The notes under the pieces: generated by a model
What the model saw: only the letters and a program-made list of their open reading frames with translations
Database searches by the model: none
Told to the model about the DNA's origin: nothing
Assembly: GCA_010093815.1 (NCBI GenBank)
Contig: ML996579.1
Reading direction: 5' to 3' (one strand)
Origin: Pseudovirgaria hyperparasitica
Lineage: Eukaryota
DNA length: 64,000 nt
In this document: in pieces, positions 39,023 through 52,679 of the stretch
How positions within the stretch are numbered: position 1 is the first letter of the stretch
How the letters are laid out: each line of letters opens with the position of its first letter
Made by a program: the position numbers and the translations under genes

Positions 39023-39181
39023 ATGTGCAGCTACGTTCTCACAACCTACGACTGCGGACACAGCGTCTGGGGGCAGTTGCTAACCCCCTGCGCTTTCGCA
39101 CCACAATGCGGCAGGAAACTTCCTCGACATCGACGTAGTGGTGGCCCATGCCCGGGCTGTCGGTTGCCAACGCCACCGTAG
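39023..39181 (+). CDS. Small Cys-rich protein, 52 aa (MC...CGH...C...C...CPGC...TPP)
   Basis: MCSYVLTTYDCGHSVWGQLLTPCAFAPQCGRKLPRHRRSGGPCPGCRLPTPP; A at -3 before the ATG. The Cys/His spacing resembles small fungal orphan proteins from recall, not from a search. Confidence 0.6.
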   Translation: MCSYVLTTYDCGHSVWGQLLTPCAFAPQCGRKLPRHRRSGGPCPGCRLPTPP

Positions 39182-42136
39182 CCTTTCGGAGGGCTTCACA
39201 CATGGGAATAGATACGAAGTGGAGTAGGGGAGGGGTCATCTGGTGTATCTCAGGTTTTCCTTTGTCTGTTTGAGTCTGCTGTCTTTCCTTATTTTTGTTA
39301 CGGATATGTCCAAATACGGTCGTTTCCGTTCCTGATTTAGTTGCAATTCATTGGGCTGTGCCTGATTATCTACTCAGTGTTGCACTTTTCACGATTCACG
39401 ATTTCGAATGGGTTAAATGGAGAGCCTAGGCTGGCATGCGAGCTTCTCGTTCCTGGGTACGCAAAGTCCAAATTTCAGATCTTAGAACCTGGGTTCTAGA
39501 TACTCGATGGCCAATGACCCGCGGGGCTGCTGTCAGATTTGGCGCCGCGAACACGCACGATAGGCGCCGCTGACACGATGAAAACCATTAAGCAGGAAGC
39601 CGCTAGGTAGACAAATAGTAGAAAGATAGACGGTAGACAGACAGCCGTTGTGCTCATCCCTCAAGTATCTCTCTGGAGCCTTGATGGACGTTCCGATTGA
39701 TGCTTATGGTCACTGGTATCGACGGCTATTCTATTGTCATTTTGCTTGGCTAATCATCAGGTAGAAGACGAGGTCGAATTCCTTTCGTTATGTAGCTCTG
39801 TTAAGGCGTCTAGCATAGCCTTCACATGTTCGAGAAGGGTATGATGATACAATGGCTCCGACTGCCGTCCGGTCGGCTATCTAAATTTGAACCGGGCTGA
39901 CTACAGACAATGGACATGACTGAAATAGTGTACATTCCACCTACTTGTCCAGTATCCTACGAGACAGGAACGAGACAAAGAGACCTCCTAATAGTAAATA
40001 AGAGTCTAGTCTAGAATTGCTATATCTTAAGGCCTAGTAGCAATTACTTGAAGAGCCTTAAGAAAGATCCATCCTATTTGGAGGAAACCACTATTGACAG
40101 CACAGTACCGCTCATGTTAGCTTTTAACGCGATGAAAGACCGGCAGTGACGTATCGAGGCCGTTATCATTTCGCTTTAGCCAGCCACGAGAATCCTAAGC
40201 GTTACGGCGGTAACGGTCTAGGACACCTATCTAAGAGTGCGTGTAGGTAATCCGAAATGAGGTGAATGACCGAGGGCGTCGCCGCCTAAGTACCAGCTCT
40301 CTTAGGAGAACTGCATCGTTCCCTTACCCCAACTATTACGTCTTATATTACTTCGCTTCTGCCGTGATTTTACACATCATTTTAAGCCAACGGTCATTAT
40401 TGCAATACCTAGAGTCGTTCGATTAGCAGCTATCGAAGGATAGCCATCGGAACAGCGCAGCCGGAGTAAGGACCGCAATTGGCAAAGGGGTCACAAGTGC
40501 AGTCTTCGCATGGATGCTGCACGCCGCTGGTAGCTCGTTGTGGTCGCGTTTAGAAGCCGCTTATGGGTGCTTTTCACTACGCTCAGCTATGTAAGTCAGC
40601 CGCATAGCCACAAGCCGGAGTGGCATTGAGAATGACATAAGTCAAATATTGGGCCCTGGTGATGATCCTTGGGGTTGCGGCTGGACAAAAAGCCTTGTGC
40701 AGCATCCTTGAGGACATGGATGAGACGGCGACGCCAGTGTATCTTGCAGTTGGGAAACGTTTGTATGGGATGGGTCAGAAAGTGGTTTCGGAAAGCGACT
40801 CAATCGAGTTCACGCAAAGTTCTAGGCCCTGTACAGATATTATGCTCCTTGAAGTCAAAGTATCTACTGATTGTCCGCAACTGCATGATTTCCGTTACGA
40901 GTGATCGGACGTTAGTTAGGATACCTAAAATACAACCCTTAATCGCTACAATTCTCTACAATAATTGCAAGCAATCGAGGAGGCCCGCTCACGATTGGTA
41001 AGCGGCTGAAACCATACAATGCGCTTGCGTTGAACTGCCTTGCAGAAACCCATCTCTGGGTAGACCTCCTCGGTGATGATGTGCATTGTTTACATAGAGT
41101 GACGCTTAGGAAGTTTGGACTCGGTTGACGAAGCCAGGGTTTTCGTGAAATCGCTTTCTAGACGTGTTAATGAAAGTATGCGTCCGCCGGGTTGTTTCGG
41201 TGGTCTGGAGAGGCACAGCCTCATCGGCCGCGTCACGCACTTTAGAGATTCGAAAGGGTGTGCAACGTCTTCGTCTTATTAGTCAACAGCGTTGTCGGAG
41301 ATCTCAGATCCGTCATGTAACTCCGGTGATGTTGTTCATTATCGCCATGTTAATAGACGTTCTGGATAGGAGTAGCTTGTAGAAGGACGCTAATGATCAG
41401 CATCACGCTTTGGTAAAGACTGGCATTTCGTGTGCACTCTGGCAGCACAATGCAGAGAACGAGGGCCACGTCAAAATGACACGCAGAAGCGAAATTGTTT
41501 GACGACATCCTGTGACCGCGCTGGCAGGGGCACTTATTGAGCAGTCAAGATTGAAACTTTCCTCGTTGCTGCAGGCATTACATGGCGGTAAAGGTACTTC
41601 TAAGGGAAAGAGAAGTCCGAATAACAGCATTCATTGCTTGTTCATATACTATGGATATTAGAAACAGGAGGTCTCGCTGTATTGAACTTGAAGTGTCTAT
41701 CATAATGCCTAGTGCTGCTACAGCCGTTGTCACATTCCTACATCTGATGGAGAAAGGGGTCCGGAACACCAAGGAAGCTGCGTAATACAATAAAGCGCAC
41801 CCCGATACATAATACAATGATAATTGTTAACTTACCGTAATACTGCAGCTCGCCACCACGCATCAACCCTGACGCGTATCACCGCGCATAAAATTCAACC
41901 CACCGTAACCCCTGATCACCAAACACAAACAAAAACACGTCCAACATTCGAAGAATGGAAACCATCATATACCCAGTCGTTACAGGTCACCAAGTCCACA
42001 TAAAGGCCTGTTCATGACTTTGTCACATGCAGGTGTGGCTTGACAGACAGTTTGGTTCCCGCCCATATCATGTCCACAACACCCATCCCAACGAGAGGAG
42101 GCTAGGAATGGCGCAACATCATTCACAAAGTCAGAG

Positions 42137-42137
<1 letters not shown>

Positions 42138-42231
<94 letters not shown>

Positions 42232-42241
42232 NNNNNNNNNN

Positions 42242-42339
<98 letters not shown>
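42138..42339. repeat. (AAAG)n tetranucleotide microsatellite interrupted by an assembly gap (N 42232..42241)
   Basis: Perfect GAAA repeats on both sides of 10 Ns; the true length is unknown. Confidence 0.98.
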
Positions 42340-45300
42340 GAGAAGGAGACGAGCCCAAGAAAACGACGTTGTTACTATACTACACTGGCGTATCCCGGCA
42401 TGAATTTCACATAATCGTTTGTTCGTCATGTCGTGTGAATGAGTCCCTGTATACATACAAGTCTACCCGACGTTTAACCCAGGACAATACCGTAGCCAGT
42501 ATACTATGGTAAGCCAAATGAACTTTTCGAAAATTCCGGAAAAGGACATGAAACCTATATTAAGTACCCACCGCAAAGTGTACCCTTCGCAGCCAACGCA
42601 CCAAGCACATCAATCATATGCCCCTCCCCACCACCAGCATGTATCCAAACGAAGCATTACTTATCAACACACACGCGTGCACGCCATGATGATAAAGCGG
42701 TATAACATGATGCGGGGATGACACTGGGCATATGCTTGGAGCGGCGAGAAGGGCCAAAACGTTGTGATATACACATGGATATATACAACTATAAAATAAA
42801 TCTGTGCGGTATCAAACATGCATAAAACAGAAGTCCTTGTTGAGGTCAGTTGCTAGAGAAGGATAAGACCGTGGCGATTGATGCTGGATCTGTACTTTGA
42901 GATTGGGGTGAGGAGATAGGGAGTTTGGGGTGGGATGTGAGATGGTACATGGCGATACAGTATGGTTGTTTGGGAAGGTGGAAATGTTACTTTCTCTTAA
43001 TTCAACCTCATTTTGGCAGACTATGTATGTGCTCACGACAGAAATCCAAATTACTCATCTGTGATGGCGTGTCTGGTGTCCCTATATATACATTACTATT
43101 TCAAATATATATGTGTGTGTGAAGCCTATGTGCCAGGTATGAGTGCTTGAAGGGACATGGATACGTACTTCGAGGGCAAATATATCGATAAGGATTCAAA
43201 AATAGATACGTATAAATTAACATCACGTTTCGTGGAGGCCGGTAATAACGAAATGAACGATATTAAAGGGATTTAATTCAACTGGAGGTAGACAGGGTTT
43301 GGGATATGAGACTACGATTGGGACATAAATGATTTGATAAGATTGACGGAGGGTGTGCTGTGATATTTATTTAGAGCTCATGTTCGTACTTTATCGTTGA
43401 GTCTGCTCTGTTATCTGCTCTAATTGAACCAGACCTCTGGCATTCCGCGTGATGGTTGGTGAAGTGTAGTGCCTATCGAATGCTATGTTATGTTGAAAGG
43501 CCTGGAGTGCTGGTGGTAAGTATTGCTACTGAGTCTGCTACTGGGACTAACGTGAGAGGCGAACAGTCTGGAGGCGAAGATGCTTTAAGGATTGAAGGGT
43601 TAGATAGACAGGAGCGTGTTGCGTAGTGGGATAAGTGGGAAGGGTGCTTTCATGGGGATTTTCAATCGGCCCGTTCGCCAGAACTAGATGTACGTATTTG
43701 CGCGAAAGCAAGTATGTGTGGTTAGGAGGATGTATTTTGGAGAAGGGCGTGCCAGTGGCGTGATTCACCAGATGAGTCCCCCTTTTTAAGGCGTGCATAG
43801 TGCATGGCCAGCTGCAACCACATCCGTGTGCTTGTACACGATTAGCAGAGGTAAGCCGTTTCGACAATGCCGCTCATCTCTATACATGGTTGTTGCTGCT
43901 GCTGATCATCATTATATACAACGCCTTGCGACGGAACGCAGAGGACATGGAACACGATGGCCATTCTGACGACGCGGAGCTCAGAATCCGTACCCTTTGC
44001 ATGTCGATGCAGCCAACATCCTGTTTCTGAATCAAGTAGAGTTGGTATTGACGGAAGAAAGTATGTCGCCAGTGGGAGGAAGTTGTGGTATTTATAGATT
44101 AGTACCAGCGTACGTGCCCACAAGAAAAATGCGGCGTTGTGAACGAGCCCGGGATGTACGCATGACGTGCAGGACACATTAGAGCTCTCCACACGAAATT
44201 AACAACAAAAGATGGAAACGGGGAAAGCGAGAAGGCGTGAATGAAGGACCCTGGTTACATGATGCCTCTCCAAAGGATGGCTCGTCAAATTATGCCTCTC
44301 CGCGCAACTTTCACAGAGGCCAGATATGTAGAAGTGAAGAAGGAAGACGTGAAACTGCCGTGATTCGCGGGGAATGTTCTCGTCCTCTAGTCGGTGCTAT
44401 TACTCCATAGTATAGGTAGCCGTGACTATGGATATCATCCGATTACCTATATCAGCCTCAAATAGAAATATAAAGGGCCGAAGTCGTGCGCTCTGGAAAC
44501 TCACTATCTAGCCGAACTGCTCGGGCCGTATATCCTGGCATCATCCTGGCGTGGCCGGGTAGGATAGCAGTTGCTATTAAGAAGACGATGTTGATGACAA
44601 TGAGTTTGACGTTCTAATAGCCATCCTGGCTGGTCCTGGCGGTCCTTGCTGTTCTGCCGGCGATGGTCAACACCACGGTGGTAGCGGGAGCGCCGGTAAG
44701 CAGCCACCACGCAGGACGGTCCCGATCCATCGAACACAGACCCAGGACAACAGCAGCACACGACAGCAGCACACAACAGCCCAAGCGATGTCTGGAACGA
44801 CTGTATTACAAACGTCATGCGCCATACTGGGAAAATGTGGAACAGGAGCCAACAACCGCTGTCCAGGTCTGCCCAGCAGCGAGGTGAAAAATCTCACACA
44901 AATGGTGAGGGATTTAGCACGCATGTACCTTGCGATGATCACTCCGTACAGGCTGCACAGTGGAACTTGTTCTGCAGCGATGACAGGCCTTTCTTGTTGG
45001 CGCCATGAGCCAATGTGCTGTCGCCGATGAGGTGCTGTTCGCATCGATGCGCCTCAGCTCAGCGCTGGCGGCAGTTCCTTAATGGCCCGTGTTCTGGGAG
45101 CAGTGTGGCTAGATAGACTCCCCGGATTTAGGTCTGCTCACAGACATGAAAATAGAAGCACAGATTAAAGGACTGGTCGGTGGTCGGCGCAAGATGATGG
45201 TTATGATCATACTGGAGACGTTGTGTCGAAAGGCAAGTTGGTGTAGGCAGGACGAGAAACTGAGCGCGTGAAGCCGAACCACATGACTTGACAGAATCAA

Positions 45301-48300
45301 CGAGGTTATTGATGCATCGACTGGCTTAACAAATATCATCTTGACGATGATCATGATATCTGGGGCAAAGTCGGAAAACACTCCGATACTTTCAAGGTAA
45401 GACTGTGGCTACTGCTGCGGCATAAACCGTGGGAAGAACAGAGCAGAGCAGAGCAGAGACGCGGTTCAACGCCCACCCAGGCGGTTTCTGGGACGGCGTT
45501 TTGGTATACGGCTTGCCGGCAAGGCTCTGGCTCTGGTTCTAGCTCCAGAATGCAAAGCAAAGGTATTCATAGTACAAAACGTGGGCTACGGTACAACAGT
45601 GTTACTATTCTTAGGGTGTAATTGACGGAGTTTGCTAGTATTTAGAGGCGAGTCGTGTGGTGTATACGCGGCGCCAGTGCCGCAGGTCCCAACCAAGTCC
45701 ACTCGTCCACTCAGTCACTCATCTCCGCGTCCACTCAACAGACTTGCTAGCCTGCTGCAACTCGCGCCAGGCATCTCGCTCCTACCTGGCATGAAAAGTC
45801 ACAAGGAGGAGCCAGAGCCGGAGATGGAAGCCTTCTAGAAAATTAAGTTTGGGCGCGTGGATCGCCGAAAGCCCATGGTTTCACGACACCCAAAAGGGAA
45901 ACCTTCTAGAAGACTTCGTTGGTTGCGCACGGCCCGATTGTCGCGGCATTTCAGAAATTGCGCCCCCTGGACGCCCCAGCCCCGTGTTTGTCCATCGGTC
46001 GTATGTGTAATATGCAACATGCAGGCGTCTCGTATACGGTATGGTATCCTTGAGTATGTGTCAACTTCTGTATTATCCTGATACGTCTCATTCAGTTGTT
46101 CAGTACTGGGAGTGGTAGGCTGTATGTGACTTGCATTTGTATGTAACGTGCAACGCATATCAACCACATACACAGCAAGTGTCTGCCTGCTGCATGTGCT
46201 GCAATGTGAACCTGCCACATAGCCCAAGCGGCACTGGCAACGGCTCCTGGCTCCTGGCTCTTGTGTCCAGTGGAAGACCGCCAGCGCTGATACCACAGCT
46301 TGATACAACTCCAAGCTCTCACTCCCCCCCCCCCCAACAAAACATACTGAGCTTAGGCCTGCCTCCACGAACGTGAGTGGGAAAGCAATCACCAAAGCTA
46401 TGATGATCATGACTTCATGTTTGTGTCCACGGCTTGCTGCCTCCGATTCATCTGCATATGAGCAGTCGGAAGGGAATCAAAGGAAGGAGAATTGAGGCTG
46501 CATACTACCGAGTCACGCGCGTAGTCGATATGCGTCGTATCTGGAATTAAACTTCCACCGTTCAGAGCGCCTGTCAAATAGCAAGCACGGAGATGAGCCA
46601 CCTAAGCTCCCGCGAAATGACCATCTTCGCCAGTCTTGTGCCAATCTCTGGCGCTACGTATAGATCTTTCTAGCGTTACTGAAATGATAATACTTGGCTG
46701 TTGGTTCCAAGAAGGTGCAGTTGCAATCCAGTCGATGCGGCTACGTGGAGAGTCCTGTTGTGTGTCGTGTCGTGTTGTGTTTATACATCGATCTACGGGT
46801 CGCTTACCGCATGCATGGCGAGTGCCCAAGGCGATCTGCGTTTTCCAGAAGTTCTGCATCCCGACATAATATATTAGACTCGCCATTCGGTTTAGTGAGT
46901 CTTCAACCCGTGCCTATTATTTCTCTATTTGCCCGGTAGCCTCGAGGTCTCTATCAAACTCGACAAATAAACTTTTGATATCTGGAAAATCTAAAAATAA
47001 CAAGCCGGCGCCCAAGAGTCCGAGCGTCAGCCGCGGTAAGGGGCAAGCAATTAGGGCGTCTAGTGGCATCAAGTGATATGATCAATTCTATACGTACCAC
47101 GTAGAAGCAGGATGGTGGGCATCCCGATCTGGATTGATGTCATGACAGTTATGCCGATTAACTTAAATGACATCCATTTGTTTCCTCCCCGGGCACGGAC
47201 TCGCGAGGCCCAGCGACAAATGATCAGGCCGGGCCCCTTGCCGAAACCCTAGCGTGGCGTCTCCCAGAGAAATCTCAAACAAAAGTGTAATATGGGTGGA
47301 GTGGGGACATGCTTCTCTGCCGGCGCCGGTCCGGTTCATGCTGCCACTGGTGACATGACATGGACGACGTTTCGGCACACTCTGTCGACAGTCTCAACTG
47401 TCTATTGCTCACAAAACCTGTGAGCCTCCAGACTGGTGCGTCTACATGCAAGTAGCAACATGGGCAAAAGTTTTATCTCCCATGCCATCCACACGGAAGG
47501 CAGTGATTTGCGCGCTGCCGAGTGTCTCCGAGTGACAGCGAATAGCGAATCGTAGCTGGATGGTGTCCTCTCGAGTGTACTGCCGAATAGATTGAGGTAA
47601 AATGTATTTACCGCACTGCATCAGGTGAGAAGAGAGTGAGCGGTGTACACTATACATAGTACGACGCGGACAAGTGTTAGTAGGTTGTTTACTATCTTTG
47701 TAGTAGATACATGCCATGCCCAAGCGTATCGCACGCCCATGATGATGCCAGTGTCAAAGGGTCTGTTGGTCTGCGACGACGGGACCTATTGGAGGACTGT
47801 AGTACATACTCACAGTTTAGAACCTGGGTGTGGTGGTCTCAGCGTGATTTTAGAAACCTTCCTGCATCCTTCTAGCGCGCTTCTAAACGTGGTCATAGCA
47901 ATTCCCCCAAGGGCTCTTCTTGCTTGGGTATACCTATCTAGGTACCCACGTACCTACCTCCTACCCCATCCTCCTGCAGCGCCGCGCGAAGGAGGTGCAT
48001 CTCAACTATGGCCAATGTGGATAGTCCAGCCTCTCATTACGTGTTGATTAATATGCTGGAGACCTGGACGGGACAGCGATACTGCAGCGCGCATACGGCC
48101 TTGAGCAGTCTTGGTCAGCCGGCTCCTTCCATCGGTGTTCATTCGCCAGGTGTGTATATATATGTGTGTTGTGTGAAAGACGATTGCTATGGGCGCAGGA
48201 GTGCTTCAGCACAGACAGAAACCCCCTTGCCCCCCCCTCCCTGGTAAGCCTTTTCTCGTCGCGACGGCACTCTCTAAAACGGCTGCAAGGATGGCTTGCC

Positions 48301-49567
48301 CATAGTGTAGAGCCATTGTTTCTAGCCGCCATCAGCCACCATGATGCTGCAATCTCATCTTGACTGTCCTCTCCGCCTGTGATCTACTTAACGAAAGCCT
48401 CTGCCACCCTGGCTTGCGCTGTGACTTCTCGTTGTTACACGTACCAACATCTTCTGCCTTGGACACGCTGACGACTGAGCGTGGATCTTTGCCATATCTG
48501 CCAGCTTCGCCATCTCCAACTTCCTGGGTAACCTTTGTGTACACAACTACGCAGCCATATATCGTTTGTGTGCAGTCGGGCATCAGCCATCCCTTACGCC
48601 CATTGAAATTGACTACTCAAAAGTCGACTGTGCCAGCCGGGGAACTGGCATCGCATAAATGTAAGTCGTCTTATAGAAGACTACGACCCTGCACGTAGCC
48701 GTCTTGTCTGGCGCTCACTGTGTTGATTAGCTTTCAGCCCTAAGTCTTTTCCGACCCGTCCGGGAGGCTGAGTCTTCTAAAAACAACTCCCGCATACAAA
48801 GCGCCTACTAAACGTAGCTACCACGAAGAACTTCAGCAAGAAAAAGAGGTGTGAGCAATCGTCGCTTTTTCACCACCATCGGAAAACGCCCGTGACGGAC
48901 AGTCATCTCCGAAAACACAGGTCCGAGGAAACAGCTACACCCTTCAGGACGAACGGCTGGCCTGAGCTTGCTCAAAGACGGAACTGCAGAGTCACACGAG
49001 AATTCTGAAGGTGCCTCGAATCACTAGACCGTGCAGGAATTGGTGAGCCACAAAGAAGCCAGACTATATATTATTCTCCGACAAGCGCAGGAACCCGGAC
49101 TGGAGCAGTTTGGCAGGACACACAGGACACAAAACAGATCGAGAGTTTCCATCGGGGAAAAAGGCAGCATACTCCAAAGTGACATATACGCCGCGATCAG
49201 CCAGCAGATTGAGTAGAAAGCGTATTCAGTGATAAAATCACGACAGAAATCTTGGGTGTGGGATCGAGGAATTCCAGCTCTCAAGCTAAAATACAAACTC
49301 CACTAGCTTCATTGACAACGTCGCTTTGCCCGCAGGGGAGAGCAAAAAAACAGAAGAATCCTTCCTAGCCGATCATTCCACGTTCGGCCTAGCGGGCTTG
49401 GCATTAACGCGACTCTTCGCTCTGCAGTGCCCGACAAAAGTACCCACGTACTTTCTCTCGTCGAATCTTCGTCACTCTCTACTCACCGTCACTTCTCTCG
49501 TGTCTTTGTTTCTTTCTCTTCGCGGCCTCTCTTGCTCTGACCCCTTCACTATTTCCATCGAAGAAAG

Positions 49568-49806
49568 GTATGTCGCCTCTTGCCCTACCCTTCCGTCCTT
49601 CTCCGACCGCTCTTGTCTCTCGCGTCAGCCTCTAGCTCACAGAAGCGCCTCCTTTTCGCCTGCTGGCTGGCTGCGAGAGACGTCAGCATCTACGCCTGGC
49701 ACCTGCAGAAACATACATTCCTCATCTCTCACATTCTCTATTCCACTCAACACCAACACATATTCTTTGGGCTCTTGCGGCCGTTGCTGACTTGGGTCCC
49801 TGATAG
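49568..49806 (+). other. Putative 5'-UTR intron of the C2H2 gene
   Basis: AG|GTATGT donor at 49568 after a CT-rich promoter-like tract (~49450-49560); GCTGAC branch at ~49785 and TAG at 49806. Confidence 0.5.
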
Positions 49807-50110
49807 TTGGAACATTCCTCAGCATTGACCCTCGAGCGATCCGGCACTTCCAGCTCTATACTGTGACGTTTGGACCCTTCACCCTCCAACGGTCGTTCAA
49901 ACCACCGTTCGAGTCTGCACGCGACGTCAACCCGCCTACCACTTCACATTACGCTCGCATATGCGAGTTGTAGTACCTGAGGGGTCTCTCGTGTCTACAT
50001 CCCATACCTCTAGTGGTGCGCATCCTCCTTTTCAGGTTTCTTGGAGCCCGAGATTTACCTCGAATATTCCACTCCTGTCTTCCAGCGAAGACCACTCCGC
50101 TCCTCATACG

Positions 50111-51651
50111 ATGATGCAACTTGGAACCATACTGAACACTAAACTGAACGCCATAGCAGGTCGACAAATGTCCTACGAAATGCAACACACAATGCAGCAC
50201 GAGCTCCAGCAACAGCCGCAATTTGCACCAGCTCCATACATCAACGGGCGGATAAAATCCGAAAACAACTCTGAACGAGGCGTTTCACCACATCCATCAG
50301 ATCATTCTTCGCGTTATTCTTCCCAGGCACCGCAGCCGCTGCAGTCCTACCCACAACCCATGACCAGCAACATGGCGAATGGTATTCATCGATACCCGTC
50401 TCCCACACACATGCAGAGCTCAATGCCGATGCTCAACAACTATGGTATACCAAATCCTCCCGATAACGGATATGCCCAACAAGCACAACAAGAGTCGCAA
50501 GGGCAAACGCCTGGACGGTCTGAAAACCCCCAAGGTCCCCCAAAAGCCTTTTCTTGCTCAACTTGTGGGAAAGGATTCGCGAGACGTAGTGACTTGGCTC
50601 GTCATGGTGAGTTATCATCACCGCCAAGAACTTGCACACATTTTAACACAACAATAGAACGTATTCACAGCGGTGTAAGGCCCCATGTGTGTGACTATCC
50701 TGGCTGTGGAAAACAATTTATTCAACGATCTGCGTTGACTGTCCACCAACGTGTCCACACTGGCGAGAAGCCTCACATGTGCGAGAGATGTGGCAAGGTA
50801 AGCGGTGCGCGACTTGAGGCCTAGGCTCAAATACTGACTCGGTTATTTCACAGCCCTTCAGCGATTCCAGCTCCCTAGCAAGACATCGACGAATTCACTC
50901 TGGGAAGCGGCCTTATAAATGTCCGTACGCCGATTGCCAAAAAACTTTCACCCGTCGTACTACCCTCACTCGCCATCAAAACCACCACACCGGCACTGTT
51001 GAGGAAGCAGCCGCTGCAACGGCCGCTGCATTAGCGTCTCGCCAGTCTGCTCCCAGTCGATCAACACGTTCCGATGTCGATGACTACTCTGAAACGCATT
51101 CGCCAATGCCAACGCCTTCGCCTCATGAGAGGCCGATGTCCATGTCACCTGCTGCTGGAATGCCTGCGGTACCACAGATGCATAGGCAAGCCTCCGACTA
51201 CAACTATATGGGTAATATGAATGTGCCGCCGCACCTCAGGAACGAGATGCCTCAACAGAGCCCGCGCGCTTCCCCATCTCTAGCACAGTCCTATGCTTCT
51301 GGCATGGCGCCCCAACCTCGAGTCACTTCTCACCCAACTGCCTTCAACCCTCCACCTATTCTAGAACCTCCAGCCACCTCAAACAATCATCAAGCTGGCA
51401 GCGCGAATGCTAGTCCCCATATGGGAACCATGGGATGGCAATCACCAGGACATCAATCAATGGCCTCACCTGGTGCCGGAGAGTCGTATGTCTACCCCGA
51501 GCACGCATACCAGCCGCACGCCCAAAACCAAAACATGTATTATAACAGCAACAATAACATCCGCCGACCAAACAGCACAGAGCCGGACCACCAATATGAC
51601 CCGCGCCAGCAACGAATGCCTAACGATATGTGGGCGCCACCTGTTCAGTAA
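50111..51651 (+). CDS. Four-finger C2H2 transcription factor (ZfpA/Cos1/Znf2-like by recall)
   Basis: Introns 50607..50657 and 50798..50853. Fingers [65 protein letters not shown] and [26 protein letters not shown]-rich flanks. An in-frame upstream ATG also exists at 49961. Confidence 0.93.
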
Positions 51652-52679
51652 ATATGACGAGTTCCATCCATTTTGTTCCTGTTTCATTAGGTGGTAATTG
51701 GGTCCAGAGGTTTACGCTATACCCTAGACACACGATTGTGAATTTCGATCGCACTTGCGCTACTCCGCGTTTTCCTTTATTGATAACAGATTCTAGCATC
51801 TGCAACTGTACCAATGTAGCTTCTTTTGTTTTCCCTAGGTACTCTTTTTGTTTGCACGCTGTGTTCGTGCCATTGCTTTCTGGGAGTTGGTCACACCTGC
51901 TGGAGCCCCAGTTACTACCTTGCCTGTATTAATGTGCTGGCGTCGGACAACAAGGTGGGCAGCAGGCGTCTCGGCTCTGAGGTACAGCATGATGTGGGAA
52001 TCAAGGACAATTTTTTCTGTTTTCTGATAGACTGGGGCCAAAAATGTAATCATCACCTGCTCCGTTAACGCGTTGATCTATCGCCAGACCCAAAGTTAGA
52101 AAGTGGCCGTGACTGTACACGCATGTACTCTATAATGTCTAATTATGTGGTTTTATGTTACAACGCAACCCATGTCTCTTCGGTGAGTCACGTGAACAGG
52201 AGCCCAAGTGATATCGAAACTTGCCGCAGACCGTGCTCCGAAGTAGACTAGCTCGTTTGACGCGAGGCTGTATGGGTCCTTGGTCGGTCCCAAGCAATCC
52301 CGCCAACATGCGCCCAAAAGCCCAGAAGCCATTACGACTCCTCTATTCGCCTTCACACGGCCAACCATTTCCTCTTTGCCATCTTCCAACTTCCTTCACC
52401 GTCGCCATTGTAACACGATCTCCTGCGCATACCTGCGACTACCACGAAGCGATCACTGTCTATTTCACCCTCACTCGCTTCGTCCGCTAGAACACTCGCC
52501 TCACCAGCCACAACGGAGCGGATCCGGAGCTCGAATCATTAGCCAAAGGACTAAATCCGAATTCGCTGGGCTCTCTGCCTCTATTTAGCCTTGTCTTCAT
52601 AGAGCTGTGATCAGACCTCCATCAGATAATTTACATCACCGCATAGTAGGATCTAGACGCCCTATCAGACCTACGCACT

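Noticed and set aside
41980..42512. ORFs with (ERKK)n or (SFFL)n translations
   Set aside because: Artefacts of the stop-free (AAAG)n microsatellite spanning an N gap.
43500..49830. Numerous 60-190 aa ORFs in the gene desert
   Set aside because: No recognisable motifs, many non-ATG starts, mutually overlapping, and no coherent exon structure.
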